Source of the DNA: a bacterium
GTDB taxonomy: Bacteria; Bacillota; Clostridia; TANB77; RGIG9151
Direction of reading: 5' to 3'
Assembly: GCA_963635575.1 (NCBI GenBank)
Contig: CAVHFU010000007.1
Location: 14,229-46,228, forward strand
Length of the DNA: 32,000 bases
Positions 15,732 to 24,725 of this stretch are shown piece after piece. Under the pieces are notes generated by a model, which saw only the letters and a program-made list of their open reading frames with translations, did no database searches and was not told the DNA's origin. The translations under genes and the position numbers were made by a program. How positions within the stretch are numbered: position 1 is the stretch's first letter; every line of letters begins with the position of its first letter.

Positions 15732-16074
15732 TGTAAACCCCTTTCCAAAAACAGTTTAGATATTGAAAAAAAACATAAAAAAAATTCCAAAGCAGTTAAT
15801 ATGAATAAATTGTGGCAATTTTGAAATAATAACAAGTTATCCACATAGTTATCCACAAGTGTTGATAACGCATAAATACAAGCTTTGAAATCTTTATCAT
15901 TAGTAATTGTATAAGTTAGAGGGATGTTGATAAATATTGGTCACACCCTCTAATACAAGAATATAAACAATATATCAGAAAGAAAGTTGTTTTTCAAGAT
16001 AGTTGATAAATTTTTCTTGTGTAAATTATATAAATAAGTTAGAATAATTAAGGTGGAAATAAGGAAGAAAGGAA
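15732..16074. promoter_or_regulatory. oriC part I / dnaA promoter region with a DnaA-box cluster
   Basis: Two perfect TTATCCACA boxes at 15837-15845 and 15849-15857. One-mismatch boxes (TGTTGATAA) at 15860-15868 and 15925-15933. A weaker match at 16001-16009. Gene orientation switches here. Confidence 0.75.
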
Positions 16075-16083
16075 TTGAAAACA

Positions 16084-18366
16084 ATGGTAGACATAAATGA
16101 TTTAAATCCCGAGCAAAAAGAAGCAGTAAACACAACAGAAGGACCTCTTTTAGTAATAGCAGGAGCAGGTTCCGGAAAAACAAGAGTTTTAACATATAGA
16201 ATAGCACATTTAATATCTAATATAGGGGTAAAACCATATAATATACTTGCAATAACATTTACTAATAAAGCAGCAAAAGAAATGAAAGACAGAGTTGAAA
16301 AATTATTAGAAGAAGATTCTAAAGATATGTGGATAAGTACATTCCATTCATCTTGTGTAAGAATTTTGAGAAGAGACATAGATAAAATAGGATATGACAA
16401 AAACTTTGTTATTTTTGATTCATCAGACCAAAAAACATTAATAAAAGAATGTCAAAAAGAATTAAGCATAGACGACAAACAAATATCTTATCAATATATA
16501 ATAAGTGAGATAAGTAAAGCGAAAAACACATTAGTAACAAGTGAAGAATATATAAAAAAATATCAAAGTGACTTTAGATTAGCGAAAGTCGGAAATGTTT
16601 ATAAGTTGTATCAAAAAAGGCTATTATCAAATAATGCACTTGATTTTGATGACTTAATAATGAAAACAACCCAATTATTATTAGAAAATCCGGAAGTTTT
16701 AACATATTACCAAAATAAATTTAAATATATTTTAGTAGACGAGTACCAAGACACTAACACAGCACAATTTACATTGGTAAGTTTACTAGCATCGGGATAC
16801 GGAAATTTATGTGTAGTAGGTGACGATGACCAAAGTATTTACGGGTGGAGAGGTGCAGATATGCGGAACATATTAGAGTTTGAAAAAGCCTTTCCGGGAG
16901 CAAAAGTCATAAAATTGGAGCAAAACTATCGTTCAACAAGCAATATATTAAACGCTGCAAACGAAGTGATAAAGAACAATAAAGGCAGAAAAAGTAAAAG
17001 ATTGTGGACAAAAAACGGTGACGGAGAAAAAATCCAGTTTTATAAGGCTGAAGATGAGAGAGATGAAGCTAAAAATATCATAAATAAGATAAAGACAATA
17101 AGGGAAGAAGAAAACAGAAAATATAGTGATTTTGGTGTTTTATATAGAACAAACGCACAATCAAGAATAATTGAAGATTATTTAATGAGTGAAGCTCTAC
17201 CTTATAAAGTTGTAGGAGGTCAGAAATTCTACGATAGGAAGGAAATTAAGGACATAATTGCATACCTAAGGTTAATTTATAACCCTGCGGATTTTATAAG
17301 CTTAAAACGAATAATAAACGAACCTAAAAGGGGAATAGGAAAGACTACTATAGATAATATTCAAAACTGTGCAAACCAAATGGAAACATCTGTATGGTCT
17401 GTAATTAGTAATATAGAAGAATATCCTGAGATATCAAGAGCATCTAATGCAATAAAAGAATTTGCCGAAAAAATAAAAGAGTTTATGGTGGATGTTAAAA
17501 ACAATATTTTAGTATCAGAACTTATAAAGAAGATAGTGCAGAACACAGGATACATCAGTGTTCTAGAGCAAGAAGAAACGATTGAAAATCAGACAAGAAT
17601 AGAAAACATAGCCGAATTTGTTTCAGTAGCGGAGGAATATGAAAGAGAGACAGAAAAACCTACATTGTCAGACTTCTTGGAGAATATTGCTTTAGTTTCA
17701 GACTTAGATGAAGAAAATAGTGATGAAAACGGTGAATATATAACATTAATGACACTACATAGTGCTAAAGGGTTAGAATTTCCTGTAGTATTTATTCCGG
17801 GAATGGAAGAAGGAGTTTTTCCGGGATATAGATCAATAGGAAATGATGAAGAAATAGAAGAGGAAAGAAGATTATGCTATGTTGGAATAACAAGAGCAAG
17901 AGAGAAACTTTATATTTCTTGTGCAAAACGAAGAACTTTGTTTGGAAACACATCATATAACAGACCTTCTAGATTTTTAGAAGAAATTCCAGAGGAATTA
18001 CTACAGGGATATCATAAATATGAAAAGTTAGATTCAGTATATGAACAAGCAAACGATTATGCATTGCAAAACAGTAATGTTATTGTAAATAAAATAGATA
18101 GTAGTTATATAAACAGAATAGGTAAATATAACGGAATGAGTTACAGGAGTGGTAATGAAGTTGCAAAAAGTGCTGCAACACAGGTGCACGCCGACTTATC
18201 TGTTTTTGAAAAAGGAAAATTTGTTATGCACAAAAGATTTGGAGCGGGTGTAATAACAAACATTACTCCGGAAAATGATGATTTAATGTTAGAGATAATG
18301 TTTGAAAATTCAGGTATGAAACGACTAATGGCTAAATTTGCACAGCTAGAGGTATATGGAAATTAG
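16084..18366 (+). CDS. pcrA: ATP-dependent DNA helicase PcrA (UvrD/Rep superfamily 1)
   Basis: Walker A AGAGSGKTRVL, DEYQDT, and further helicase motifs (VGDDDQSIYGWRGA, LEQNYRS, TLHSAKGLEFPVVF, YVGITRA). The ATG at 16084 is preferred; the in-frame TTG at 16075 is an alternative. Confidence 0.93.
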   Translation: MVDINDLNPEQKEAVNTTEGPLLVIAGAGSGKTRVLTYRIAHLISNIGVKPYNILAITFTNKAAKEMKDRVEKLLEEDSKDMWISTFHSSCVRILRRDIDKIGYDKNFVIFDSSDQKTLIKECQKELSIDDKQISYQYIISEISKAKNTLVTSEEYIKKYQSDFRLAKVGNVYKLYQKRLLSNNALDFDDLIMKTTQLLLENPEVLTYYQNKFKYILVDEYQDTNTAQFTLVSLLASGYGNLCVVGDDDQSIYGWRGADMRNILEFEKAFPGAKVIKLEQNYRSTSNILNAANEVIKNNKGRKSKRLWTKNGDGEKIQFYKAEDERDEAKNIINKIKTIREEENRKYSDFGVLYRTNAQSRIIEDYLMSEALPYKVVGGQKFYDRKEIKDIIAYLRLIYNPADFISLKRIINEPKRGIGKTTIDNIQNCANQMETSVWSVISNIEEYPEISRASNAIKEFAEKIKEFMVDVKNNILVSELIKKIVQNTGYISVLEQEETIENQTRIENIAEFVSVAEEYERETEKPTLSDFLENIALVSDLDEENSDENGEYITLMTLHSAKGLEFPVVFIPGMEEGVFPGYRSIGNDEEIEEERRLCYVGITRAREKLYISCAKRRTLFGNTSYNRPSRFLEEIPEELLQGYHKYEKLDSVYEQANDYALQNSNVIVNKIDSSYINRIGKYNGMSYRSGNEVAKSAATQVHADLSVFEKGKFVMHKRFGAGVITNITPENDDLMLEIMFENSGMKRLMAKFAQLEVYGN

Positions 18367-18970
18367 TAAGGGGGAATTTACTATATTTACAGTAAAAGAA
18401 CACACACAAACTGAATTAATAGAGAAAAAATCCAGATTTATTGCTAATATATATCCGATTGGTTCAAAAGAGGAGGCTGATGGGTTACTTGCACAAATAA
18501 AAAAACAATATTGGGATGCAAGACACAATGTATATGCGTATACATTAAAAGGAAACATAAGTAAATATAGCGATGATGGAGAACCACAAGGAACAGCAGG
18601 TTTGCCAGTTTATAATGTTATAAGTGTTAAAAAATTGGAAAATGTTTTGGTAATAGTAACAAGATATTTCGGGGGAATATTGCTTGGTAAGGGAGGACTT
18701 ACAAGGGCATATTCGAATGTAACAAAAAAAGTAATTGAAGAAGCCCAAATTTATGAAATAATGAACACAAAAAAAGTAAAAATAATCTGCGAATATAACG
18801 TAAAAGATAAGGTTTTGTTTGAATTAGAGAAAAATAACTACAAAAAGGAAATTTATTTTAGTGAAAAAATAGAAATTATTATACAGATACCTGAAAGAGA
18901 TGTAGATAATTTTACAAAAAACATAATAAAAACTACAGACAATAAGATATTAATAAGTTTTTTGTCGTAA
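18356..18970 (+). CDS. yigZ: IMPACT/YigZ-family (UPF0029) protein
   Basis: Motifs KSRFIA...HNVYAY...DDGEPQGTAGLP...VVTRYFGGILLG. It overlaps the pcrA 3' end by 11 nt. Confidence 0.85.
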   Translation: MEISKGEFTIFTVKEHTQTELIEKKSRFIANIYPIGSKEEADGLLAQIKKQYWDARHNVYAYTLKGNISKYSDDGEPQGTAGLPVYNVISVKKLENVLVIVTRYFGGILLGKGGLTRAYSNVTKKVIEEAQIYEIMNTKKVKIICEYNVKDKVLFELEKNNYKKEIYFSEKIEIIIQIPERDVDNFTKNIIKTTDNKILISFLS

Positions 18971-19079
18971 AAATACGACTAAAAACCTATATTATCGACA
19001 AATTTCACAAGTTTTTTTCGAGGTTAAACAATATAATAAAAATGTGTTTTGACTGCAAAAAAATGAGGAGGGATTTGTG

Positions 19080-19859
19080 ATGGAAAAAACAAGAATACTT
19101 ATTGCTGACAACAATGATTTTGACGCAAAAAAATTAAAGGATTATTTAGAAACACAAGATGAATTTTTAGTTGAAGAGGTTGTAAAAAAAGGCGATGAGG
19201 CTATAACTAAAGTTATAGAAAAACAACCAGATATGCTTATTTTAGATTTAATATTACCAAACATCGATGGAATTGCTGTAATGAGTGCATTAAATAAAAT
19301 GGGACTTCGTAAAAGACCGAAAATCATAGTAACATCATCTATTTCTCATGAAAAAACCATAAGAGAAGCTATGAATATGGGAGCAGCATTATTTGTATTA
19401 AAACCCTTTGATGAGCAAACAATATTAGACAGAATAAAAAGTTTAATGAGAATAAATATAAGAGAAAGGGCAAAAGATATGGTAAATCCCGAAAAAATTG
19501 AAAAGACGGTTTCTGTTGAAAAGGATGTTACTGCTATAATGCATGAAATAGGCGTACCGGCCCATATAAAAGGTCACCAATATTTAAGAAGTGCAATCTT
19601 AATGGTAGTGGAGAATAGTGATATTTTAAGCGGTGTGACTAAAAGTTTATATCCAATGGTTGCCCAAAAATATAATACAACGCCTAGCAGGGTAGAAAGA
19701 GCTATTCGCCATGCAATAGAAGTGGCATGGGGACGAGGTAGACTTGATACACTCCAAAATGTTTTTGGATACACAGTGAATTTGGGAAAAGGCAAACCGA
19801 CAAACAGTGAGTTTATTGCGATGATTGCAGATAAAATGAGATTAGAAATGAAAGTGTAA
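19080..19859 (+). CDS. spo0A: Sporulation master response regulator Spo0A
   Basis: Receiver domain (ILIADNN...[14 protein letters not shown]) plus the Spo0A-specific C-terminal domain ([18 protein letters not shown]...[15 protein letters not shown]). GAGGAGGG lies 7 nt before the ATG at 19080. Confidence 0.95.
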   Translation: MEKTRILIADNNDFDAKKLKDYLETQDEFLVEEVVKKGDEAITKVIEKQPDMLILDLILPNIDGIAVMSALNKMGLRKRPKIIVTSSISHEKTIREAMNMGAALFVLKPFDEQTILDRIKSLMRINIRERAKDMVNPEKIEKTVSVEKDVTAIMHEIGVPAHIKGHQYLRSAILMVVENSDILSGVTKSLYPMVAQKYNTTPSRVERAIRHAIEVAWGRGRLDTLQNVFGYTVNLGKGKPTNSEFIAMIADKMRLEMKV

Positions 19860-19860
19860 A

Positions 19861-19904
19861 AAAACGCCTTAAACGCAGGATACATTTGCGTTTGAGGCGT
19901 TTTT
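19861..19904. terminator. Bidirectional terminator between spo0A and the convergent gene
   Basis: aaaacgccttaaacgca / loop ggatacatt / tgcgtttgaggcgtttt. The stem is about 17 bp with one G-U pair, flanked by A and T runs. Confidence 0.75.
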
Positions 19905-19906
19905 AC

Positions 19907-20437
19907 CTATTCTAAAATTCTTAGCGAGTCTTTGTCTTCTTCTGAAAGTTGATCATAAAAAACATCTCCAACATTTGTGGTGTATAATATTTCATTATCG
20001 TTAATGTAATAAGAACCATCATGATCGACATAAAGATGAGGTTTAAAATGCCCACAATTGTATAAGCTGTTAGTAGAATATTTTAATTCAGAATAGCTAG
20101 TAATAGGTTTCCAATCATTATTTTTTAGTGGTGCGGTTCCGCCTGGTTGTTCAACACAATCCCCCATAACTTCATGAATAAAGTCAAAATTTTCTTTATA
20201 TTTTTCCACATATTCATTATATGTAGAAGAATCAGCCGGGTTAACGGCAGGTAAGATTGACTCGAAACCATCATAATCACCAGTATAAGGGCAACAAAAG
20301 ACCTTTACCTGTTTTCCGGACGGCAATTGTTTTATCCTAGCCTTACAATTCATGCACTTTGCACAACTTGGAGAGTCTGACATTCCAGGTGGTGTAAAGG
20401 CTTTTATTATAGAACCTAAAAATTCTGAAAAACCCAT
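19907..20437 (-). CDS. Hypothetical protein (176 aa), Cys-containing, translationally coupled to the upstream D-Ala-D-Ala carboxypeptidase gene
   Basis: The ATG at 20437 is preceded by AGAGGTGA, which contains the TGA stop of the upstream gene. I recognise no family. Sequence includes CAKCMNC...VFCCPYTGDYDG. Confidence 0.6.
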   Translation of the reverse strand: MGFSEFLGSIIKAFTPPGMSDSPSCAKCMNCKARIKQLPSGKQVKVFCCPYTGDYDGFESILPAVNPADSSTYNEYVEKYKENFDFIHEVMGDCVEQPGGTAPLKNNDWKPITSYSELKYSTNSLYNCGHFKPHLYVDHDGSYYINDNEILYTTNVGDVFYDQLSEEDKDSLRILE

Positions 20438-20442
20438 TAAAA

Positions 20443-21690
20443 TCACCTCTTAATTTTATTTTTCTTTCTTTTTTTTATTATTTTTCTTATGCCATTAAAG
20501 AATCTAAGTAGTACACCTAACATTATAACAGAAATAGCCAAATAAAGCAATACTTTCAATAAAACGAAGAACCAATGCTCCTTTTCGATATCTGTTTTTG
20601 CTACTAAGTTTACAATGCCAACTATTTCACTGTTTTCAGTATAAGTTAATGTTCCTAAAACATCTCCTTTTTTAATGGGTGCGACTATTTTGTCATTTAA
20701 TGAAATAATTTTATCAAACACAGGTGTATCCCCGTTTTCAACTAATACATTTATAGACGAATCTGTTATTAAGTCTAGTGTTTTATTTCCAGATTTCTTT
20801 GGGGATATAGTTGTAATTAAGTTGCTTTGTGCTACTAATTGATTATTATGATAATTTTCAAAGCCAAAGTCTAATAAGTTTATTGTATCAAGATAAACGG
20901 CAGATTTTCCAACAGGAACAATATTTCCTCCCATAACAACTGAAATTAGTTCAACGCCATCTTTTGAAGCAGATGCAACAAGACAATTACCTGCTTGGGA
21001 AGTATATCCGGTTTTTATGCCTGTTGCTGCTTCGTAGTAATATTCTCCAGAAGATAGTAATTTATTAGTATTTATAAAAGTTCTCTTCACATTAGAAACA
21101 TTAGTTTCCGGCATAACGTATCTTGTTTGGGAAACAATTTCCTTAAACTTTGGGATCTTCATCGCATTATATGCTATTTTAGCTAAATCAGCGGCGGTAG
21201 TATAATGCTCATTATCATGCCAGCCACTTGGATTTACAAAGTGTGAATTTGTTGCACCTAGTTTTTCGGCTGTTACGTTCATTAATTCGGCAAAATTAGA
21301 AGAAGAGCCTGAAACATATTCGGCGATTATATTAGCAGCATCATTTCCGGATGGAAGTAAAAGTCCAAAAAGAACTTGTTCTAATGTAAGTTTTTCGTTT
21401 TCAGAAAAATAAGCAAGTGAACTACCGACAGGTACAGACATAATTGCATTTTTTGTAGGAACTATTTCTGTATTGGTATCACTTATTTGTGTTAATGCTA
21501 TGTACGCCGTTAAAATTTTTGTTGTGCTAGCAGGATAGGCTTTTTGATTTGAGTTTTTTTCGTATAAAATATCGCCTGTTCTAGCATCAATTAAAATGGC
21601 TGAATTGCAGTATACATCAAAGCTTGGTGTTGCTGCAAAGCAAGTATTTATTAAAAGAAAAGAAAAAAGTAACCAAAGTAATTTTTTCAT
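20443..21690 (-). CDS. D-alanyl-D-alanine carboxypeptidase (S11 penicillin-binding protein, DacB/DacF-like)
   Basis: Signal peptide MKKLLWLLFSFLLINTCFA (ATG 21690, RBS AGGAG). SxxK (ASTTK), SxN (PSGND) and KTG (IKTGYT) motifs. C-terminal TM segment plus basic tail. The track's longer N-terminal extension lacks an RBS. Confidence 0.88.
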   Translation of the reverse strand: MKKLLWLLFSFLLINTCFAATPSFDVYCNSAILIDARTGDILYEKNSNQKAYPASTTKILTAYIALTQISDTNTEIVPTKNAIMSVPVGSSLAYFSENEKLTLEQVLFGLLLPSGNDAANIIAEYVSGSSSNFAELMNVTAEKLGATNSHFVNPSGWHDNEHYTTAADLAKIAYNAMKIPKFKEIVSQTRYVMPETNVSNVKRTFINTNKLLSSGEYYYEAATGIKTGYTSQAGNCLVASASKDGVELISVVMGGNIVPVGKSAVYLDTINLLDFGFENYHNNQLVAQSNLITTISPKKSGNKTLDLITDSSINVLVENGDTPVFDKIISLNDKIVAPIKKGDVLGTLTYTENSEIVGIVNLVAKTDIEKEHWFFVLLKVLLYLAISVIMLGVLLRFFNGIRKIIKKRKKNKIKR

Positions 21691-21715
21691 AAAAATTCTC
21701 CTATCGACAAAAGTA

Positions 21716-21744
21716 TTGACAAAAAAAGTAAAAAAAGATATATT
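21716..21744 (+). promoter_or_regulatory. Candidate sigma-A promoter of comEA
   Basis: TTGACA (21716-21721), then 17 nt, then TATATT (21739-21744). It lies about 23 nt upstream of the comEA ATG. Confidence 0.5.
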
Positions 21745-21766
21745 TTTCTTGGAAGGAAGTGGAAAA

Positions 21767-22372
21767 ATGAAAATAACCAAGAAAACAATGATATTCATAA
21801 TTTCAACTATATTCTTACTATCGGCATTAGTTTATAATTTACTTTATATTAATAATAAAAAAAATGAAATAATTCAAGAGATAGAAGGAGAAGAGGAGAT
21901 AAAAATCGTGGAAGAGGAAGTGAAAATGATATATATAGATGTGGGTGGGGAAGTAAATATGCCGGGATTATACTGTTTACCAGAGGGTTCTAGAGTTAAT
22001 GATGCTATAATTATAGCAGGTGGCCTAACAGAAAAAGCAGACTTATCAGAAGTTAATCTAGCTTATATTTTATCAGATGCATTAAAAATAACAATACCTC
22101 AAAAAGAAAGTGAGATAAAAAAGAAAAAAACAATTATTTCAAAAAGCATTAATGTGTCAAGTAATAGTTCTACTGAATCAAGTAAAGTAAATATAAACAC
22201 AGCAACAAAAGAACAGCTAAAAACCTTGTCGGGTATAGGAGATTCAACAGCTGAAAAGATAATTAAATACCGTGAAGAAAATGGAGTATTTAGCAATATC
22301 GAAGAACTAAAAAATGTGTCGGGAATAGGAGAAAGTAAGTACAATAAAATTGTAAACAACATAACTACATAA
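21767..22372 (+). CDS. comEA: ComEA-family DNA-binding protein (membrane anchor, SLBB domain and tandem helix-hairpin-helix)
   Basis: N-terminal TM segment MIFIISTIFLLSALVY. SLBB-like GGEVNMPGLYCLPEGSRVNDAI. HhH repeats INTATKEQLKTLSGIGDSTAEKI and ELKNVSGIGESKYNKI. The start at 21767 follows GGAAGGAAGTGG. Confidence 0.88.
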   Translation: MKITKKTMIFIISTIFLLSALVYNLLYINNKKNEIIQEIEGEEEIKIVEEEVKMIYIDVGGEVNMPGLYCLPEGSRVNDAIIIAGGLTEKADLSEVNLAYILSDALKITIPQKESEIKKKKTIISKSINVSSNSSTESSKVNINTATKEQLKTLSGIGDSTAEKIIKYREENGVFSNIEELKNVSGIGESKYNKIVNNITT

Positions 22373-22407
22373 TAAGTTTAATAATAAATCAAAAGCTTAT
22401 TTTGCTA

Positions 22408-22436
22408 TTGACAGTTTGAATATTATGTTATACAAT
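22408..22436 (+). promoter_or_regulatory. Candidate sigma-A promoter of the rpmH-rnpA operon
   Basis: TTGACA (22408-22413), then 17 nt, then TACAAT (22431-22436). Confidence 0.55.
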
Positions 22437-22473
22437 GTAACAGGTATTCTTATAAAAGGAAGTAGGTGTAAAA

Positions 22474-22608
22474 ATGAAAAGAACATTTCAACCAAATAAC
22501 AGAAAAATGAAAAAAGTTCACGGATTCCGTTCTAGAATGGAAACAGCTGCAGGAAGAAGAGTATTAAGGAACAGAAGAGCAAAGGGAAGATCGGTTCTTT
22601 GTGTATAA
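22474..22608 (+). CDS. rpmH: 50S ribosomal protein L34
   Basis: Not in the ORF track (44 aa). Translation is [44 protein letters not shown]. An RBS-like AGGAAGTAGGTG lies upstream. Confidence 0.95.
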   Translation: MKRTFQPNNRKMKKVHGFRSRMETAAGRRVLRNRRAKGRSVLCV

Positions 22609-22637
22609 TTTGTTTAAGTAAAAGGAAAGAAATATAC

Positions 22638-23000
22638 ATGGTAACAATTAAAAAGAACTTTGAATTTAAAAGAGTATTAAGTAAGGGGAAATTTGTTAAT
22701 AGTAACAATCTTGCTATTTATTTTTTCCCCAATAGACTTAATCTTTTGCGTTTTGGCTTTGCTATAGGAAAAAAAGCCGGAAAAGCAGTTGAGAGAAACA
22801 GAATAAAAAGAATAATAAGAGAATCTGTCAGATTAACTACGATTTCATTTAACAAAGGGTATGACCTTGTTTTTGTTTGGAAAAATAAAGTCTCTGCTGA
22901 TAATGTAAAGTATATAGACATAAAAAAAGAAGTAGAGTGCTTATATCATAAAATACAAAAGGAAATAAATAATGAAAAAATTAGTATTAAAAGCAATTAG
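22638..23000 (+). CDS. rnpA: Ribonuclease P protein component
   Basis: The sequence from the ATG at 22638 is MVTIKKNFEFKRVLSKGK...GKAVERNRIKRIIRE (RNR motif), about 120 aa. It lies directly after rpmH. Confidence 0.9.
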   Translation: MVTIKKNFEFKRVLSKGKFVNSNNLAIYFFPNRLNLLRFGFAIGKKAGKAVERNRIKRIIRESVRLTTISFNKGYDLVFVWKNKVSADNVKYIDIKKEVECLYHKIQKEINNEKISIKSN

Positions 23001-23184
23001 ATTTTATCAAAAATATCTTTCCCCATTAAAAGGAGAAGGGTGTTGCATATATAATCCGACCTGCTCGGAATATACTAGACAAGCCGTAGAAAAGTATGGT
23101 GTGATAAAAGGACTTGCTAAGGGTTTTTGGAGAATTTTACGTTGTAATCCTTTTGCTAAGGGCGGAGATGATCCGTTAAAATAA
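22972..23184 (+). CDS. yidD: Membrane protein insertion efficiency factor YidD
   Basis: Motifs FYQKYLSP...C.YNPTCSEY...RCNPF..GGDDP. It overlaps the rnpA 3' end by 29 nt. Confidence 0.9.
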   Translation: MKKLVLKAIRFYQKYLSPLKGEGCCIYNPTCSEYTRQAVEKYGVIKGLAKGFWRILRCNPFAKGGDDPLK

Positions 23185-23198
23185 TTTCGGAGGTATTT

Positions 23199-24002
23199 AT
23201 GGGAGCAATAATGGATATCATAGCCAGAGCTATGGGATGGATTTTAAGGTCGCTATATGATGCCACCTTAAATTATGGATTAGCGATTATTTTATTTACA
23301 GTTTTTATTAAGTTGTTATTAATACCGCTTTCATTAAAGCAACAAAGAACAATGAAAAAAACGCAAGAAATTCAGCCGGTATTATTAAAATTACAAGAAA
23401 AATATAAAGACAATCAACAAAAATTAGCAGAGGAAATGCAAAAAATATATCAGGATAAAAAAGTGAATCCATTTTCAGGATGTTTGCTTCTTTTAATCCA
23501 AATACCTATTATTTATGCGATGTTTTTTGCAATAGCACAACCGGTAAAATTTATGTATCCTGAAATAAAAACTGTAGAAGTTGAGCAAGCTATCGAAAAA
23601 TATGCTAATATGGGTACATATAAAGAACTGTATTATATAGTGAACGAACGAAAAGACTTGATAAAAACCGATTTCTTAGGATTGGATTTAGGACAGGTTC
23701 CTAGTATTGCTAATATTAGTATGTGGGCCACATGGATAATACCTATATTGTCCGGTATAGCTACATTCTTGTCATCGTACATAAGCATGAAACAAACTAA
23801 GAGTACGGATGCGTCTAACGAACAAGCAGAGGCCATGCAAAGAAATATGATGATAATGATGCCTTTACTAATCACATACATTTCATTTAAAGTACCACTA
23901 GGAATGGGACTATATTGGTTTGTTAATACTGCAATAACAATATTGTTACAAACTTGGATGATAACAAAACTTAATGCAGAAAGTAAAGTGATAGATAAAT
24001 AA
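23199..24002 (+). CDS. yidC: YidC/Oxa1-family membrane protein insertase (SpoIIIJ-like)
   Basis: Multi-TM protein with typical motifs (GLAIILFTVFIKLLLIPLSLKQ, NPFSGCLLLLIQIPI, GMGLYWFVN). RBS GGAGG. Confidence 0.9.
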   Translation: MGAIMDIIARAMGWILRSLYDATLNYGLAIILFTVFIKLLLIPLSLKQQRTMKKTQEIQPVLLKLQEKYKDNQQKLAEEMQKIYQDKKVNPFSGCLLLLIQIPIIYAMFFAIAQPVKFMYPEIKTVEVEQAIEKYANMGTYKELYYIVNERKDLIKTDFLGLDLGQVPSIANISMWATWIIPILSGIATFLSSYISMKQTKSTDASNEQAEAMQRNMMIMMPLLITYISFKVPLGMGLYWFVNTAITILLQTWMITKLNAESKVIDK

Positions 24003-24016
24003 GGGAGGAAAGCCAT

Positions 24017-24652
24017 ATGTCAAATTTTGTTGAAAAGATAGGTAAAACTATTGACGAGGCAGTAAAAATAGCATTACAAGAACTTAATACAACAGAAGAG
24101 AATGTTGAAATAGAGGTACTTGAAGAGCCAACAAAAGGTTTACTTGGGATAGGAGCAAAACCGGCATTGGTTAGAGTTTCTGTTAAAGAAGAAAAAATAG
24201 AAGAAAACAAGGTTGATAAAGTAAATGAAGTAATAAGCAATATTACTTCTTGTTTGGGATTAAACATAAAAAGTAATGTAGAAGATACGGCAGAAGCATT
24301 AAAAGTAAATTTGGAAGGCGAAAATTTAGGACTTATTATAGGGTATAAAGGCGAAACACTAGATGCTTTGCAATTACTTGCTAATGTGATAATAAATAAA
24401 AATGGAGAATATAAAAGAGTAGAGATTGATGCTCAAAATTATAGAGAAAAAAGAAAGGAAACATTAACGGCTTTAGCACATAAAAAAGCTAGAGATGTTG
24501 TAAAATATGGTAAAAATATTACTTTAGAACCAATGACACCATACGAAAGAAGAATAATTCACACAGCATTACAAGATGATAGTAAAGTTACTACTGTAAG
24601 TGTTGGTTCGGAACCTTTTAGAAAAGTTGTAATAAAAAAGGCACAGTTATAA
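24017..24652 (+). CDS. jag: Jag/KhpB RNA-binding protein (Jag_N, KH and R3H domains)
   Basis: Conserved position after yidC. KH-like GLIIGYKGETLDALQ and R3H-like LEPMTPYERRIIHTAL. Confidence 0.88.
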   Translation: MSNFVEKIGKTIDEAVKIALQELNTTEENVEIEVLEEPTKGLLGIGAKPALVRVSVKEEKIEENKVDKVNEVISNITSCLGLNIKSNVEDTAEALKVNLEGENLGLIIGYKGETLDALQLLANVIINKNGEYKRVEIDAQNYREKRKETLTALAHKKARDVVKYGKNITLEPMTPYERRIIHTALQDDSKVTTVSVGSEPFRKVVIKKAQL

Positions 24653-24673
24653 ATATTGCCGTTTAATACATTT

Positions 24674-24698
24674 GGGCGGATAGTATCCGCCCATTTTT
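24674..24698 (+). terminator. Rho-independent terminator after jag
   Basis: GGGCGGAT / agt / ATCCGCCC, followed by ATTTTT. Confidence 0.65.
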
Positions 24699-24725
24699 AG
24701 ATATTATAAAAAAGAGGAGAATACA

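Noticed and set aside
15915-15952. The hairpin TTAGAGGG...CCCTCTAA (8-bp stem, 22-nt loop containing a DnaA-box-like TGTTGATAA) in the dnaA upstream region, as a possible ncRNA or terminator.
   Set aside because: The stem is short, the loop is large and no U-tract follows. It is more simply part of the oriC/dnaA regulatory region.
21596-21798. N-terminal extensions suggested by the ORF track: comEA from 21596, the carboxypeptidase gene from 21798, rnpA from 22599, parA from 28931, hydA from 8392, spo0A from 19077 and the unknown gene from 20446.
   Set aside because: The extensions overlap divergent genes, promoters or parS, lack RBSs and add non-homologous residues. Internal starts with proper RBS spacing reproduce the canonical N-termini or signal peptides.
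22972-23000. The 29-nt overlap of rnpA and yidD as a possible recoding or frameshift site.
   Set aside because: An rnpA-yidD overlap is a widespread normal arrangement. Both ORFs have intact family motifs and yidD has its own start.
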